Of a DNA stretch of 33,145 nucleotides, positions 1-10,394 are shown piece after piece. This DNA comes from Licmophora abbreviata (taxonomy: Eukaryota): positions 1 through 33,145 of the forward strand of contig OLMU01005261.1 of the NCBI GenBank assembly GCA_900291995.1, written 5' to 3'. Every line of letters starts with the position of its first letter. Within the stretch, counting starts at the first letter, position 1. The notes under the pieces are model-generated. The model worked only from the letters and a program-made list of their open reading frames with translations. It was not told the origin of the DNA and ran no database searches. Made by a program: the position numbers and the translations under genes.

Positions 1-179
1 ACAAACAGCGCGACTCCGCGCGCGTGTCCTCCATCTCATCTCATCATTGGCATCCCACTTTTTCACTTCCGACGGCGACGCCGAGTCGAGTCGACGCATC
101 GTTGTCCCGGCAACACCTCAGCGGAGAGTCTTGTGATGAGCCCCTCATTACAGCTCCTCACAGTTGGTTTCAATCCAAG

Positions 180-2378
180 ATGACCTGTCGAATTAAAAAG
201 TCAAGGATGAGAAATACCGGACTGTTGTTGAGCGTTTGCCTCGTGATGTTCATGGCGTCCGTTGGAGTTTGGAAATTCAGTAGCGCGCCATCGTCGCATT
301 CTCCTTCCCAATTGCACCTTCGCCATCTGCTCGAGGAAACTGGAAATGCCTATGAGTATCGTCTGTTGACCTCGTCCGAAATATCCGCAGTCATGAGGGA
401 GTGGGCGACGAAGTATCCTGACTTTGCTCGAGTGACCACATCACAGGAAAAGTACGGTCTCCCCAGAGCTGGTGGGTCCAGTGACTGCCCACATGACGAA
501 GGCGGACCGGGATGTCTCCACTATATACTTACCATACAAGATTACACGGTTCATTCTGTGGAACCAGTCGAGTCTGATTCGTCGAAACGCCTTCCGACTG
601 TCCTTTGGTCGGGCGAACTTCATGGTGACGAGCGTGTGGGTCCAACGGCGACCATAGAAGGCGCATCACTTTTGTTGCGAGCAGCGGCGTGTGAAGCCAA
701 GCCAGACATGACGCTCCGCGATACAGCTCTTTGGGAGACCGAACTTCAGCAAGCTCGGGATTGCCGCGTGGAGCTCGAGTCGTTTGGAGTTTCAGAGCCC
801 TACCGTCAATGGTTGGCTCGGCTGGTAGCAACGAGACGCATTGTGGTCGTCCCAACCGCAAACTCGCTCGGATACGCAAGAGGAGTCCGAACTGAGGATG
901 GGATCGACCCCAATCGCGACTTTCCATTCGATAAGGAAGATTCGAGTACTTGCATGCGATCTATTGCCGGGCGTACTTTGAATGAAATCTTTCGTGAAGA
1001 AATTGTTCAATGTTCTCTGACATATCATGGTGGAATTGAAATGATTGCCTACGAATGGGGTGCGACCTCGTTTCAAGGATTCACCAGTCCTGATGACGAA
1101 GCGCAACGACAGCTTGCGTCCGCCTTTAGCTCGTACGGTGGCAGCTGGTCAGAGTCCCGAGCTTATATCTACGGCCCTGCGAATGACATCGTATACCCGA
1201 TCCGTGGCGGGATGGAAGATTGGGCCTATGCTGGTTCCTTTGCCGGCCCCGAGTTTGTGCAGCCCTGTCAGCCCAGTACATACGACCCGTATCCCATGGA
1301 ACGCACGATGTACGAAGACTCCACGTTGCGTGCGTTCAACATATTGATCGAAACGTCGGATGAGAAACGGCCGGTGGTGGAATCCCTTGGTTCGAGCATT
1401 GATGTTGTTCGAAAGGATTCGCTTGAGGAGTACAATGGTCATGTTGCTCGAAACGTTCGAGTGGCACTCTTAGCGACAGATCTCGTAGAGCCGTATCTCT
1501 CAATTGTCGGAGTCAATGGGCAGCCACTGGCGGACGACCTTGTCCCTGTACAAGCAAGAAACACACGGGAATCATGCCAAAATGCAAAGAAGGTAGTTGT
1601 ACCAGTTGGCACTCAACAAGTAGTCGTCCAGTGGACCGTTGGAGGTGCCATCACGATTGACGATACTTCTCTTCAATACGGAAGATGGGAAGAGGTCGCT
1701 GGCGATGTTGCAACTTGCATGTCGCAGCCCAGTGGGACAGTGTCCCTCACTCGGGCGGACAATCAGAACACAAACACAGGCACAGGCTACTATTCCGGTG
1801 GTGGCGCCACACCTTCGTCTCAGGAAGACGAAGTATTAGGCCCAGTCTTTGAAGCTCGTGTTGACTTGGCGCAGTATCTTCCGGGAGATGAAATTGTAGT
1901 CATGGCTCGGGCACGCGTTGACTCGTCCTGGCTGGACCAGCCATCGGTGCAGAACAAGCCGATTGCGCCTAGTGGATTTCCGCCGCAGTCACACATGGTG
2001 AATGCGCGGAATAATCCCAATTGGAGGAAGTCAAACAATAACGGCAAGGTTGTACAAGGACGCCTCGACTGGTACACAACGATTCCGTTGACCGTCGTCT
2101 TTGGCCAACCCGCAGATGGCGTGTTGGAGGATGCTTCCGATCGTTTTGCTCCTCCCGTCAATGCGCCTTCACCAGATTGCCTAAACTACCGGGCGCCGTG
2201 TTCAGAAGGTATCCAGTGCTGCAGTGGCGTCTGTTTACCTATGACTAGCGGGTGGAAGTGTAGCAGCGATCACGTTGTTAAGATCTTTGATGCGAATCGA
2301 CTTAGGGGGAACGGCGGTTCTGGTGGCGGCGGAGGAGGAGCCGGTGGTGGAGGAGGGGGAGGCGGCGGCGGTAACTAA
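180..2378 (+). CDS. M14-family zinc carboxypeptidase, secreted or signal-anchored, with C-terminal Cys-rich module and Gly tail
   Basis: First in-frame ATG is at 180 (ORF track starts at GTG 24). Hydrophobic N-terminal segment LLLSVCLVMFMASVGVW. M14 motifs GELHGDERVG (HxxE zinc ligands), DPNRDF, LTYHGG (third ligand) and GGMEDWAY; candidate catalytic Glu in FNILIETS. No intron needed. Confidence 0.88.
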   Translation: MTCRIKKSRMRNTGLLLSVCLVMFMASVGVWKFSSAPSSHSPSQLHLRHLLEETGNAYEYRLLTSSEISAVMREWATKYPDFARVTTSQEKYGLPRAGGSSDCPHDEGGPGCLHYILTIQDYTVHSVEPVESDSSKRLPTVLWSGELHGDERVGPTATIEGASLLLRAAACEAKPDMTLRDTALWETELQQARDCRVELESFGVSEPYRQWLARLVATRRIVVVPTANSLGYARGVRTEDGIDPNRDFPFDKEDSSTCMRSIAGRTLNEIFREEIVQCSLTYHGGIEMIAYEWGATSFQGFTSPDDEAQRQLASAFSSYGGSWSESRAYIYGPANDIVYPIRGGMEDWAYAGSFAGPEFVQPCQPSTYDPYPMERTMYEDSTLRAFNILIETSDEKRPVVESLGSSIDVVRKDSLEEYNGHVARNVRVALLATDLVEPYLSIVGVNGQPLADDLVPVQARNTRESCQNAKKVVVPVGTQQVVVQWTVGGAITIDDTSLQYGRWEEVAGDVATCMSQPSGTVSLTRADNQNTNTGTGYYSGGGATPSSQEDEVLGPVFEARVDLAQYLPGDEIVVMARARVDSSWLDQPSVQNKPIAPSGFPPQSHMVNARNNPNWRKSNNNGKVVQGRLDWYTTIPLTVVFGQPADGVLEDASDRFAPPVNAPSPDCLNYRAPCSEGIQCCSGVCLPMTSGWKCSSDHVVKIFDANRLRGNGGSGGGGGGAGGGGGGGGGGN

Positions 2379-2760
2379 CAAAGCTACCACATGTAGACTA
2401 CCGGTGCACTGCACAGTATGATAAAAACAATAAACCATACAGATAGAGACAATGATTCTACTACGAGCTAGCTAAGTCGTTGTATGGGTGAACACGGTTG
2501 GAAATACCATTAGCTCGACTGACTCGGAAAAAGGGCGCGAGCCCCCGTCGGGCGCATGCGAGGTCGCGTTGCCACTGCGTCATAGCGTGTCGCGGTCATC
2601 TCACCATGACCGCCGCGATCGCCTGGAACTGGCTGCAGAGCGACGGCCCGTGTTCAGCATCTTCAGCTCAATTTCTTGTAAGTGCACGCTTCCTGTATCA
2701 AAATCTGAACACGGGTGACTCGTCGGAAGGAAGAAAACATCAATCGATATCTCAAAGATC

Positions 2761-5088
2761 ATGAAAAAGCTCTTGACTTTTCTGTACCTGGCCGCGTCAG
2801 TTGCCATCGCGTCCGTCCGCACCTCTGCTCTCGCAGCGACTCCCCCCACCAGCGACATTCATTCGAACTTACGCCATCTCAAGGAACAAAGTCCTTCTGC
2901 AGATCGACAGTTTCACTTGTGGGAATCGGAAGAAATTCACGACACGCTTCTGCGCTGGGCGGACGAGTATCCGGATTTTGTAAGACTCACATCGTCCCAA
3001 GAGAGATTTGACCTCCCTTGGTCTGGGAGCGCGGACGATTGTCCATTTGATAACGGAGGTGACGGGTGTTTAAACTACATAATGACCATTCAGGATTTTG
3101 TGGTCCACCCAGAAGGGTTTGAATCTTCCAATTCTCTACCTGAAGTGCTGTGGTCCGGATGTGTCCACGGCAATGAGAGAGTAGGTCCTACTGCCACCAT
3201 GGAAGCGGCCGCGCTGCTTCTAGAGGCTGCCAAATGTGAAGCAATGCCAAACTTGGCACACAAGAAAACCGATCAGCAAGAATTATGGCAGCAGGAGCTT
3301 GCCAATGCCCGAAAGTGTCGAGCTGCCTTGGGTCTGAGCGATACCGAAAGGCAATGGCTTGCTCGTTTGGTAGCGACGCGACGCATTGTGGTGGTTCCGA
3401 CGGCGAATGTTCTAGGATACTCGAGGAGTGTGCGAACGGAGTATTCTACTGATCCGAATCGTGACTTTCCGTACGATTTACAAGATCCGACCCTTTGCAT
3501 GCGAACGATCGCCGGCCGAACGCTGAACGAGGTTTTCCGTGAACACATGTTCCAGCTCTCTTTAACGTTCCATGGAGGCATGGAAGTTGTTGCGTACGAG
3601 TGGGGAGCCCCAACCTACTTGCATAAGGACAGTCCGGACGACGTGGCACAGGGGCAGATTGCATCAGCCTACAGCAAGTATGCTGGCGGGTTCGCTCAAG
3701 CAAGACCTTATGCGCACGGCACCATGAATGATCTTGTGTACTACGTCCGAGGGGGCATGGAGGACTGGGCTTATGCTGGTTCTTGGGATCCTGACCGAGT
3801 GCTCCCATGCGAGCCAACGACTTATGGCGGGTATCCTAAGGAAAAGACAGTTTACAATAACTCGACTCTTCGGGTGTTCAATATGCTGGTGGAAACAAGC
3901 AAGCAGAAGATCCCATCCACGAACTCGTTGGGAACAACGAGAGATATTCTACACCGTGACACAACAGGCAACGGGCATGTCTCACGCAACATTCGTCTGG
4001 CACTGCTTGCGGCCGATCTGGTGGAGCCGTACGTTTCGATTGTGGGTGTCAATGACCTAGCCATCTCGGATGATATTCTTCCCTCGACGATGCGAGCGGA
4101 TCGTTTGACTTGCAGGAAAACGAAAACGGTCATGGTTCCTCGGAATGCCAAGGAAGTCACAGTTGAGTGGACTGTCGGTGGAGGAATGACCATCGACGAG
4201 ACTTCTCTTTGGTACGGGAGCTGGGATGACGTTCCCGAGGCTGCCGCCAACTGTATGACTCAACCAACGCAGGATCCTACTACTTTGCTCACACTAGCAC
4301 AGAAGCAGACTGCAGTCAGTGGAACTGGCTACTTTTCTCATTCAGGGCCAGACCCGCCCCCTAAGGAATCCACAACAGGCACCATGCCTTCTCTCGGACC
4401 TCTTTTTCGCGCCACATTGGACATCTCCCGCTATCAACCGCACGACCAGATTGTTGTTGTGGCTCGGGCTCGCATGGACAGTTCCTGGATGCAGCAACCA
4501 AGCAATCCTGGGCCCTACATCCCACCACAGGCACACGTTGTGAACGTGCGAAATGATCCTGAATGGCGACATGAGAGTGCCGGTAAGACGATCCAAGGAC
4601 GTCGAGATTGGTTCACAACAATTCCGCTTACACTAGTCATTGGGGACTACAGTGACAGTGTCGGCAACCAAGCAGGAAAGGAGATTGGCACGATTGAAGT
4701 GTCGAATCGACTGGGAGATACAACAGGGCGTTTCCATGGTGGCATGGGTCCGACACACAAGACGACGGATCGCCTGTACTTTTCATTTAGAAGGTTGATT
4801 GGAATGCTGTTCGTTTTCGCCTTTAGCGCCGGAGCCTGTATTGTCTGTGTTCGGTATCGACGAGAGGCAAGACACCAGCGGATCACGAATGAGCTGGTGG
4901 AGGAGGCGGAACACGAATTTCATCAAAGTAAAAAAGGATATTCGGACACTGTTGGAGGCAGTAGCATGATGTCATCGGATGATGAATATGACGATGATGA
5001 CGACGACCACCACCAAGATCTTTCGCTGGGGCTCGGGGACGGAGAGGACGATGGAGACCTGGAACTTCAAAAATACACGATAACCTAG
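2761..5088 (+). CDS. M14-family zinc carboxypeptidase, type I membrane protein (tandem paralogue of 180..2378)
   Basis: Signal peptide MKKLLTFLYLAASVAIASV. Motifs GCVHGNERVG, DPNRDF, LTFHGG, GGMEDWAY, FNMLVETS. C-terminal TM helix LIGMLFVFAFSAGACIVCV followed by an acidic tail. Long blocks shared with the upstream gene (e.g. RQWLARLVATRRIVVVPTAN). Confidence 0.9.
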   Translation: MKKLLTFLYLAASVAIASVRTSALAATPPTSDIHSNLRHLKEQSPSADRQFHLWESEEIHDTLLRWADEYPDFVRLTSSQERFDLPWSGSADDCPFDNGGDGCLNYIMTIQDFVVHPEGFESSNSLPEVLWSGCVHGNERVGPTATMEAAALLLEAAKCEAMPNLAHKKTDQQELWQQELANARKCRAALGLSDTERQWLARLVATRRIVVVPTANVLGYSRSVRTEYSTDPNRDFPYDLQDPTLCMRTIAGRTLNEVFREHMFQLSLTFHGGMEVVAYEWGAPTYLHKDSPDDVAQGQIASAYSKYAGGFAQARPYAHGTMNDLVYYVRGGMEDWAYAGSWDPDRVLPCEPTTYGGYPKEKTVYNNSTLRVFNMLVETSKQKIPSTNSLGTTRDILHRDTTGNGHVSRNIRLALLAADLVEPYVSIVGVNDLAISDDILPSTMRADRLTCRKTKTVMVPRNAKEVTVEWTVGGGMTIDETSLWYGSWDDVPEAAANCMTQPTQDPTTLLTLAQKQTAVSGTGYFSHSGPDPPPKESTTGTMPSLGPLFRATLDISRYQPHDQIVVVARARMDSSWMQQPSNPGPYIPPQAHVVNVRNDPEWRHESAGKTIQGRRDWFTTIPLTLVIGDYSDSVGNQAGKEIGTIEVSNRLGDTTGRFHGGMGPTHKTTDRLYFSFRRLIGMLFVFAFSAGACIVCVRYRREARHQRITNELVEEAEHEFHQSKKGYSDTVGGSSMMSSDDEYDDDDDDHHQDLSLGLGDGEDDGDLELQKYTIT

Positions 5089-5110
5089 ATACAGTTTACA
5101 GACTGTTTTG

Positions 5111-5857
5111 TCATCTTCTATGCTTTCCACGCTTTCTCTTGCCGCCTACCCCCGACGCCTGAGTCTGCTTGGCTTGACTCTTGAAAAGCGCCTTTTGGGC
5201 GAGTTTCAAATTGGATGCGCCCCCCATGCCGCTCATTGCGGAAGCCCCATGCCTTCCTTTATGTTTTGTATGATTTGTGCGATCTTTTCGTTTCCCCGGA
5301 AGATTTCCTTTTAGCTTTTGCATGAAACGATTCACATTGCCCGCGTATCGCTGCTGTGCATCAATCGAATGACGTTGCTTGGCCGGTGATTCCTCTTCGT
5401 CGCTCTCGTCGTCGTCGGAATTAGGAAGCGTGGTTGTTGTCACAACAACTTGGCCCCCAAACTGAGATAGAGTCGCTGTATCATCATGATAAGTCGTCGT
5501 CGTTGTCCTTTCTGGATCCTCTACCGAGCGATCCTCGCCGTCTTCCTCTTCGTGCTCACCCAGGCCGTGCATTTCCGCCAACAGAGACTGTTTCTGCTGC
5601 TCCGCCTGCTCGATGCGCTCCAGATCAGCCTCCCGAGTTTCTTTTCGGTCTTCCAGTTTACTTTTGCGATCTTTCATCTTCTGCATAGCCAAGCCAAAGG
5701 CTCGGCGCTGCTTCTTGCGTTCGGAAAAGCCTCGCAGATACTCGCGCCGAGCTTCGGGGTCGAACGTGATTTCCTTTTTTTTCTTCTTTGTGAAGGTCGG
5801 CTTCTTATTGTTTTTATGACCCTTTCTAGAAGACGGAGATCTCGCAGTTCTGGTCAT
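5111..5857 (-). CDS. NOL12: Nucleolar protein 12 / RRP17 (Nop25 family), rRNA processing
   Basis: Nop25-type N-terminal signature EITFDPEARREYLRGFSERKKQRR, followed by a charged coiled coil and Lys/Arg-rich termini. Confidence 0.85.
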   Translation of the reverse strand: MTRTARSPSSRKGHKNNKKPTFTKKKKKEITFDPEARREYLRGFSERKKQRRAFGLAMQKMKDRKSKLEDRKETREADLERIEQAEQQKQSLLAEMHGLGEHEEEDGEDRSVEDPERTTTTTYHDDTATLSQFGGQVVVTTTTLPNSDDDESDEEESPAKQRHSIDAQQRYAGNVNRFMQKLKGNLPGKRKDRTNHTKHKGRHGASAMSGMGGASNLKLAQKALFKSQAKQTQASGVGGKRKRGKHRR

Positions 5858-6198
5858 GATACGAGGAATAGCTTGCTTCTCAAAGGGGGGTGCGGCTGTC
5901 CAAGGTACAAAGAACAGAAGAGGGTTGGTCGAGATGTTGAGATGACGCTTTCAAGGACCATCGCGAGACGCAAAAAAAGTCTCATCAAATGCTTTTGTCC
6001 CTTTTAAATGGTCGTGGACGACGGAGTCTGGCCCGCGACCGCAGCTTTGTAGACTCGCACATCGCGAGGCTCGCGCTCCGCTAAAACCTTCTAATCACAG
6101 GCGCGTGGCGGGGTTGGAAAGAAAAAAAAAAAAGCGAAAACAGACATCACAAAACGAAACAATGACGAGAGTGACAACCCATCACCACACAAAACACC

Positions 6199-6876
6199 AT
6201 GGCAACAAAAGCGACGACGATACAACCCAAGGTGGAAGAATTTCACGAGAGCATCACTCTTTCGGTCCTCTTGTCGAACAGCGATGCGGAGAGTATTTCG
6301 CAGCGCTCAAGAGACTCAATGGAGACGATGCACCGCGAAGGAAGCTATATCCAGATTCTTTTTGCCCGACAACATTTCGCAGCGATTTGACACGCTAAGC
6401 AATATTGGATCATCAATCTAGAGCGCAAAAAGGATCGGAATCGCTCAAAGCGCGTGCGTCTGGCGAACGAAGTGAAGAAGATTCTCGACCATGAGCTCAA
6501 AGGGGTCGTGCGATACCGGCCGTACTACCCGTCGATGGGCGCCATCGAGAATGCAAGTGAGATTCAAGCTATACTGTTTATCGATGTGGCCCTGGCCTTC
6601 GATGGAAACTGATATGGACGTATGTGCTGCGGCGCATTTTACATTGGCAGATCTAAGCTTGTTCTCGTGTGGTGTCTACAGAACAAGGAAACCAAGGATG
6701 TCATCTTGGGCCAGCGGAGTGTTCTGGTCGACCCAAGACCCGCAGTCGACGGTGGAGTCTGGGCTGTGAAGCATTTGACTTATAGGATGATTGACAACAT
6801 CACGGAAACGATCAACAAGGCTCTTCGACACAAGCGATTCCCATCTTGCTCGTCACTGTCGAAGTATCCATCCTAA
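6199..6876 (+). pseudogene. 226-codon frame interrupted by two in-frame TGA codons (6388-6390, 6610-6612); unknown product, C-terminal half loosely DUF4410-like
   Basis: ORFs 6199..6390 and 6622..6876 share one frame, and the sequence between them reads open (HAKQYWIINLERKK...IDVALAFDGN). Good start context (aaacaccATGG). It occupies a gene-sized gap in a compact genome. The DUF4410 resemblance is from memory only. Confidence 0.55.
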
Positions 6877-7023
6877 TAGTCGTCTGCGGTGACCTGCTAG
6901 CAATGACAAGCCGAAGATAACACCGACTGTGCACAAGGCGACACAGTTGTACAGCTACAGTACGCTAGGAATAATTAAATAACATGTACCTGTAGGCTCT
7001 AGGAAGTTCGTACCCGTCATCCA

Positions 7024-9392
7024 TTACTTGAACGTATTGAAGTCCCTAACTTCATTGACAATCTCCAACGCTTTGCTAAGCAGGTCTCGCATTTCAATGC
7101 ACGTCTGACGTCTCTGCGCAATATCTTCAGCTTCTTGCATCAGATTCCCAATTTCAGCATCTCGGTACAGCTCCGAGACCAGCTCGTTCTGAACAGCGTC
7201 GCGGACATGGTTGACCAGAAAGTACATGATGGTCTTGGGGACCATATCGATGAAGTTCTTCCGCACGATACTAAAGTAAGATTCGATCAATGACTTGATA
7301 ATTTCCATCTCGACGCGTTCTCGTTCAGTAGGAGGCACGTCCGTCTGGCGCATCGTGTCTGGAACTTGCGGTAAGTGCACGATGCTGGGAGGTCCGCTGT
7401 TGAGGTTTCGGGCGGACTCAAAATCACGGCCCGATCGTGGCGGCTTGCCTCCGCGAAAGATGAAGTTCATTATTCCACCACCCGCGACATCGTAGTTGGC
7501 GTCGGGTCGTTGATTTTCAGTACCCATGTCGCCTGCTGCATTGTAGTAATTGTTCAGCGACGAGGACGACAGTGGTGTGGCGCCATGCGCGTCGTCGTTT
7601 GTCAGGCCACCAGGGGTTTCGGGAGGAAGATTCCGACGAGCGTCGTTCTCCTTGGCAATCTTTTCCATCAGACGGGCGACAGCACGGGATCCGCCAATAA
7701 AGTCGGGGTGACTTGTGTTGATGTACTGACAGAGAAATACCAAGGATTGAGTTAGTATAAAAGGAGCCAAAATGGAAAGAACCCATGACGATATTGCAAA
7801 CTTCTGCTACTCACCGCCAGTTCAATCTTGACGAGGTTGCCCACCATCAATTGCGTCGGATTGACACATCTTTTTAACAAGGCTGAGACCACCTCTACAA
7901 TGCGTTCGCGCAATACCGGAAACCTCGTCAGCTCGGGCGTTTCAGACTGAGAGGCAATGCGCTGCAGCTCCTCGTATACCAAATCGACCGCCTGGATGCC
8001 AGGTTGCTCTAGACGCGAGATCTGGCGCTTCACCAAAATATCAAACGAGATTTCGGGCACAAAGAGAGCAGGCCGAGTGCCGTTGGCGTTGCAGATAGTC
8101 GTTCGAATCTCTTCGTCTGACAGGCCGTCAAAAGCGCCCACTGAGTTGAGGGAGGTTGCAAAGATCTCGGTAAAGATGTAGGATATTCTGGCACCCCCGT
8201 ACAGCTCGTTCAGCGGGTTGCGCGGTCCACCGCTCGTGGTGTTTGTCGTCGACTTAGCTTGGCCGCGACCTTCAATAATGGCACCGAAATTTGTCGCAAA
8301 CTTGGAAAGCATGCTCAACAAGGATCCGCCCAAGCTGGAGCGCGACGAATTGTGCGTCGAAGTTCCTAGAGCATCAATCTCCGTCTGCACGTCCGTCATC
8401 ATGAGAGTGATCCGGTTCTTCAATTCAGGAAGACAGTCTCGAATGTGATGCATGAGCATGTTGTTGAGTGCCTTGGATAAGTGACGAGTTCCGCACTTGG
8501 CCAAGAGAGAGCGATCGCGCGAGTACACGGGATGGTTACGGAAGAAGTGTTCCTCCTTGCGGAGTCCGTCGCGAATGCTCAAGTCGGCGTTGACATCTTT
8601 CTGCCCGCGATTCACAACAGCAATGTAACCACGACGGAGAGGAATGACTTTGTTTTGTAACATGTCTGCCGCATCGGTACCAGGATCCATGAGGTCGAGC
8701 TTGGTCAAGACACCGACCGTCCGATTACCAAAAGGGTCGACGGCCTGCGCCAACTTCAAAGCGTCGCTGTTGGCAAGATCGGTATTGGAGCTAGTGACCG
8801 CCAGGATGATAGCGTTAGGGTTAGAAATGTAGTGAAGACACATTTCCCGAATCTGATCTTCAATATCATCCGGCTGGTCTCCTACTGCCACCTTGGCCAT
8901 GCCAGGCAAATCAACGAGCGTGAGAGCGAGCACACGAGGAGAGTAAATCTTGAGGTGAATCGGCGTCGGGTGAATTCCCCTGTTCGTTCCAGTGAGACGA
9001 TCCGTCTCCTTGATGATTTCTCGACGGATGTCAACAAAGCTGTAGAGCTTCCTTCCGGGCAAGTGCAGAAACTCCCCCCACTCGCGTTCGTTGTCTCCAT
9101 CGTTAGGGTCGACATTCTCTTGGTACGTTTCTTCTTCATCATCGATCGTATCTTCGTTGCTGACAGCTCCTGGGGTCCGTGTATTGAAAAGTTGTAGAAT
9201 CAAAGGACGACGTGTCACGATCCCATGCCCACGAGGCAGAAACGAGCGTCCCACAATGCCCTCCAAGACACTCGACTTGCCCGAAGATTGTCCACCGACG
9301 ACGACGATCTGAGGCAAGTCCAATGTCGTATTCTGACCCAAAGCGCCCAGGACATCCTGCAGCTTCGATGCAATCGGAATCAGCTGTTCCAT
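7024..9392 (-). CDS. Dynamin-related GTPase (Drp1/Vps1-like); exons 9392-7815 and 7725-7024
   Basis: Start MEQLIPIASKLQD at 9392. G1 GGQSSGKSS, G2 IVTRRP, G3 DLPG, G4 TKLD. The GT-AG intron 7814-7726 joins KIELA|YINTSHPDF. GED region SYFSIVRKNFIDMVPKTIMYFLV. No PH or PRD domain. Confidence 0.95.
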
Positions 9393-9443
9393 GATGAGCG
9401 ACGATTTGGACACAAGAGACTCCAACGAGAACAGTCCAGGATG

Positions 9444-9461
9444 ACAACAACAACAACAACA
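9444..9461. repeat. (ACA)6 microsatellite just upstream of the dynamin start
   Basis: acaacaacaacaacaaca; it produces the spurious poly-Cys and poly-Thr runs in the ORF track. Confidence 0.7.
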
Positions 9462-9760
9462 AAGATTGATGATTCGACGACAACAACGACTCGATTTTTT
9501 TTCTGTTGCCGCCTTTTTGTCTGTTTCGCCGTGCAATTTGAATTTCCATTACAATCCTACTTAATTATACGCATGTAGATGTATACTGGTTTGCTACGTT
9601 GAACTTGGATATTTGGAATTTTGCGCGATCTTTGCATCAATCTCGCGCCGTTCAAGACGACGCGCGATGACACGATGACGTACACTTCACCGGCGCCATA
9701 GCTGCCTCTTGTCGTATCGGTGTGTCGCGCTTAGTCTATCGTAGAGAAGCTGTCGCCAAG

Positions 9761-10228
9761 ATGATCAAGAGCGTGTTCACAGTGCTGCTGGTAATCCTTG
9801 CTTGCTGCAGGTCATCCTGGGCTTTTACAAGCCTACCGACGCAAAAATGCCACTCACCCGCAACATCATCCTCACATTGTGAAGGGGCAAGCTTGCTGCC
9901 AAACCGGCGGCCTGATTTCTTCTCAGGTCATAGTAGCTCGTCGGTGGTGGTCCATTCGAAACAAAACTTTGGCGAGGAGCGTGGTGTGGTCATCCAAACG
10001 TTTGTGCTAGGAATCGTCCTCTTCTTCTTTTTTATTCCTCCGGAATTTCGAAGAACTGTCGTTTGTCAAACGGACAGATGCACCCAGAACCGAGCGGCGT
10101 GTAATAACTGCAGGACAGGACCAGAGCTTGTTGGAGATATCAAGGAGTACTTTTCGAATGGAGGAAAGCTCAAACTTGACTTGTCGATCGAAGAAAGCCG
10201 CAAACCTGATCTTTTCAAGAGTGAATAG
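9761..10228 (+). CDS. Small hypothetical membrane protein with bipartite plastid-targeting presequence and a 4-Cys cluster
   Basis: ATG at 9761. Signal peptide ends in SWA|FTS (ASAFAP-like), then a Ser-rich transit peptide, one TM (VVIQTFVLGIVLFFFFIPP) and CQTDRC...CNNC. Confidence 0.7.
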   Translation: MIKSVFTVLLVILACCRSSWAFTSLPTQKCHSPATSSSHCEGASLLPNRRPDFFSGHSSSSVVVHSKQNFGEERGVVIQTFVLGIVLFFFFIPPEFRRTVVCQTDRCTQNRAACNNCRTGPELVGDIKEYFSNGGKLKLDLSIEESRKPDLFKSE

Positions 10229-10394
10229 GCAGACCACTATGCTGTCTTCATAATTACAGTATGATGGCAATCGCAGCGACATCAGCAGTGGAGCCTCTCT
10301 ACGGTAGCCTATGTGTATCTATTATCGATTATTCGTTTTGTCATCAGCAACCTTGAAATAATAAACTTGGAGTACAATAACTATCCTGCTGCGA

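Noticed and set aside
6105..6398. Alternative 97-aa ORF overlapping the double-TGA frame
   Set aside because: It has no recognisable features, begins at GTG across a poly-A tract, and does not extend into the downstream protein-like sequence.
6903..6942. Possible SECIS element (ATGA...AA...GA) downstream of the double-TGA frame
   Set aside because: The arms that should form helix II do not pair by eye, so it is not supported without a covariance-model search.
9393..9536. N-terminal extension of dynamin with a poly-Cys run
   Set aside because: It starts at a non-ATG codon and the Cys run comes from an ACA microsatellite. The conserved dynamin start MEQLIP is at 9392.
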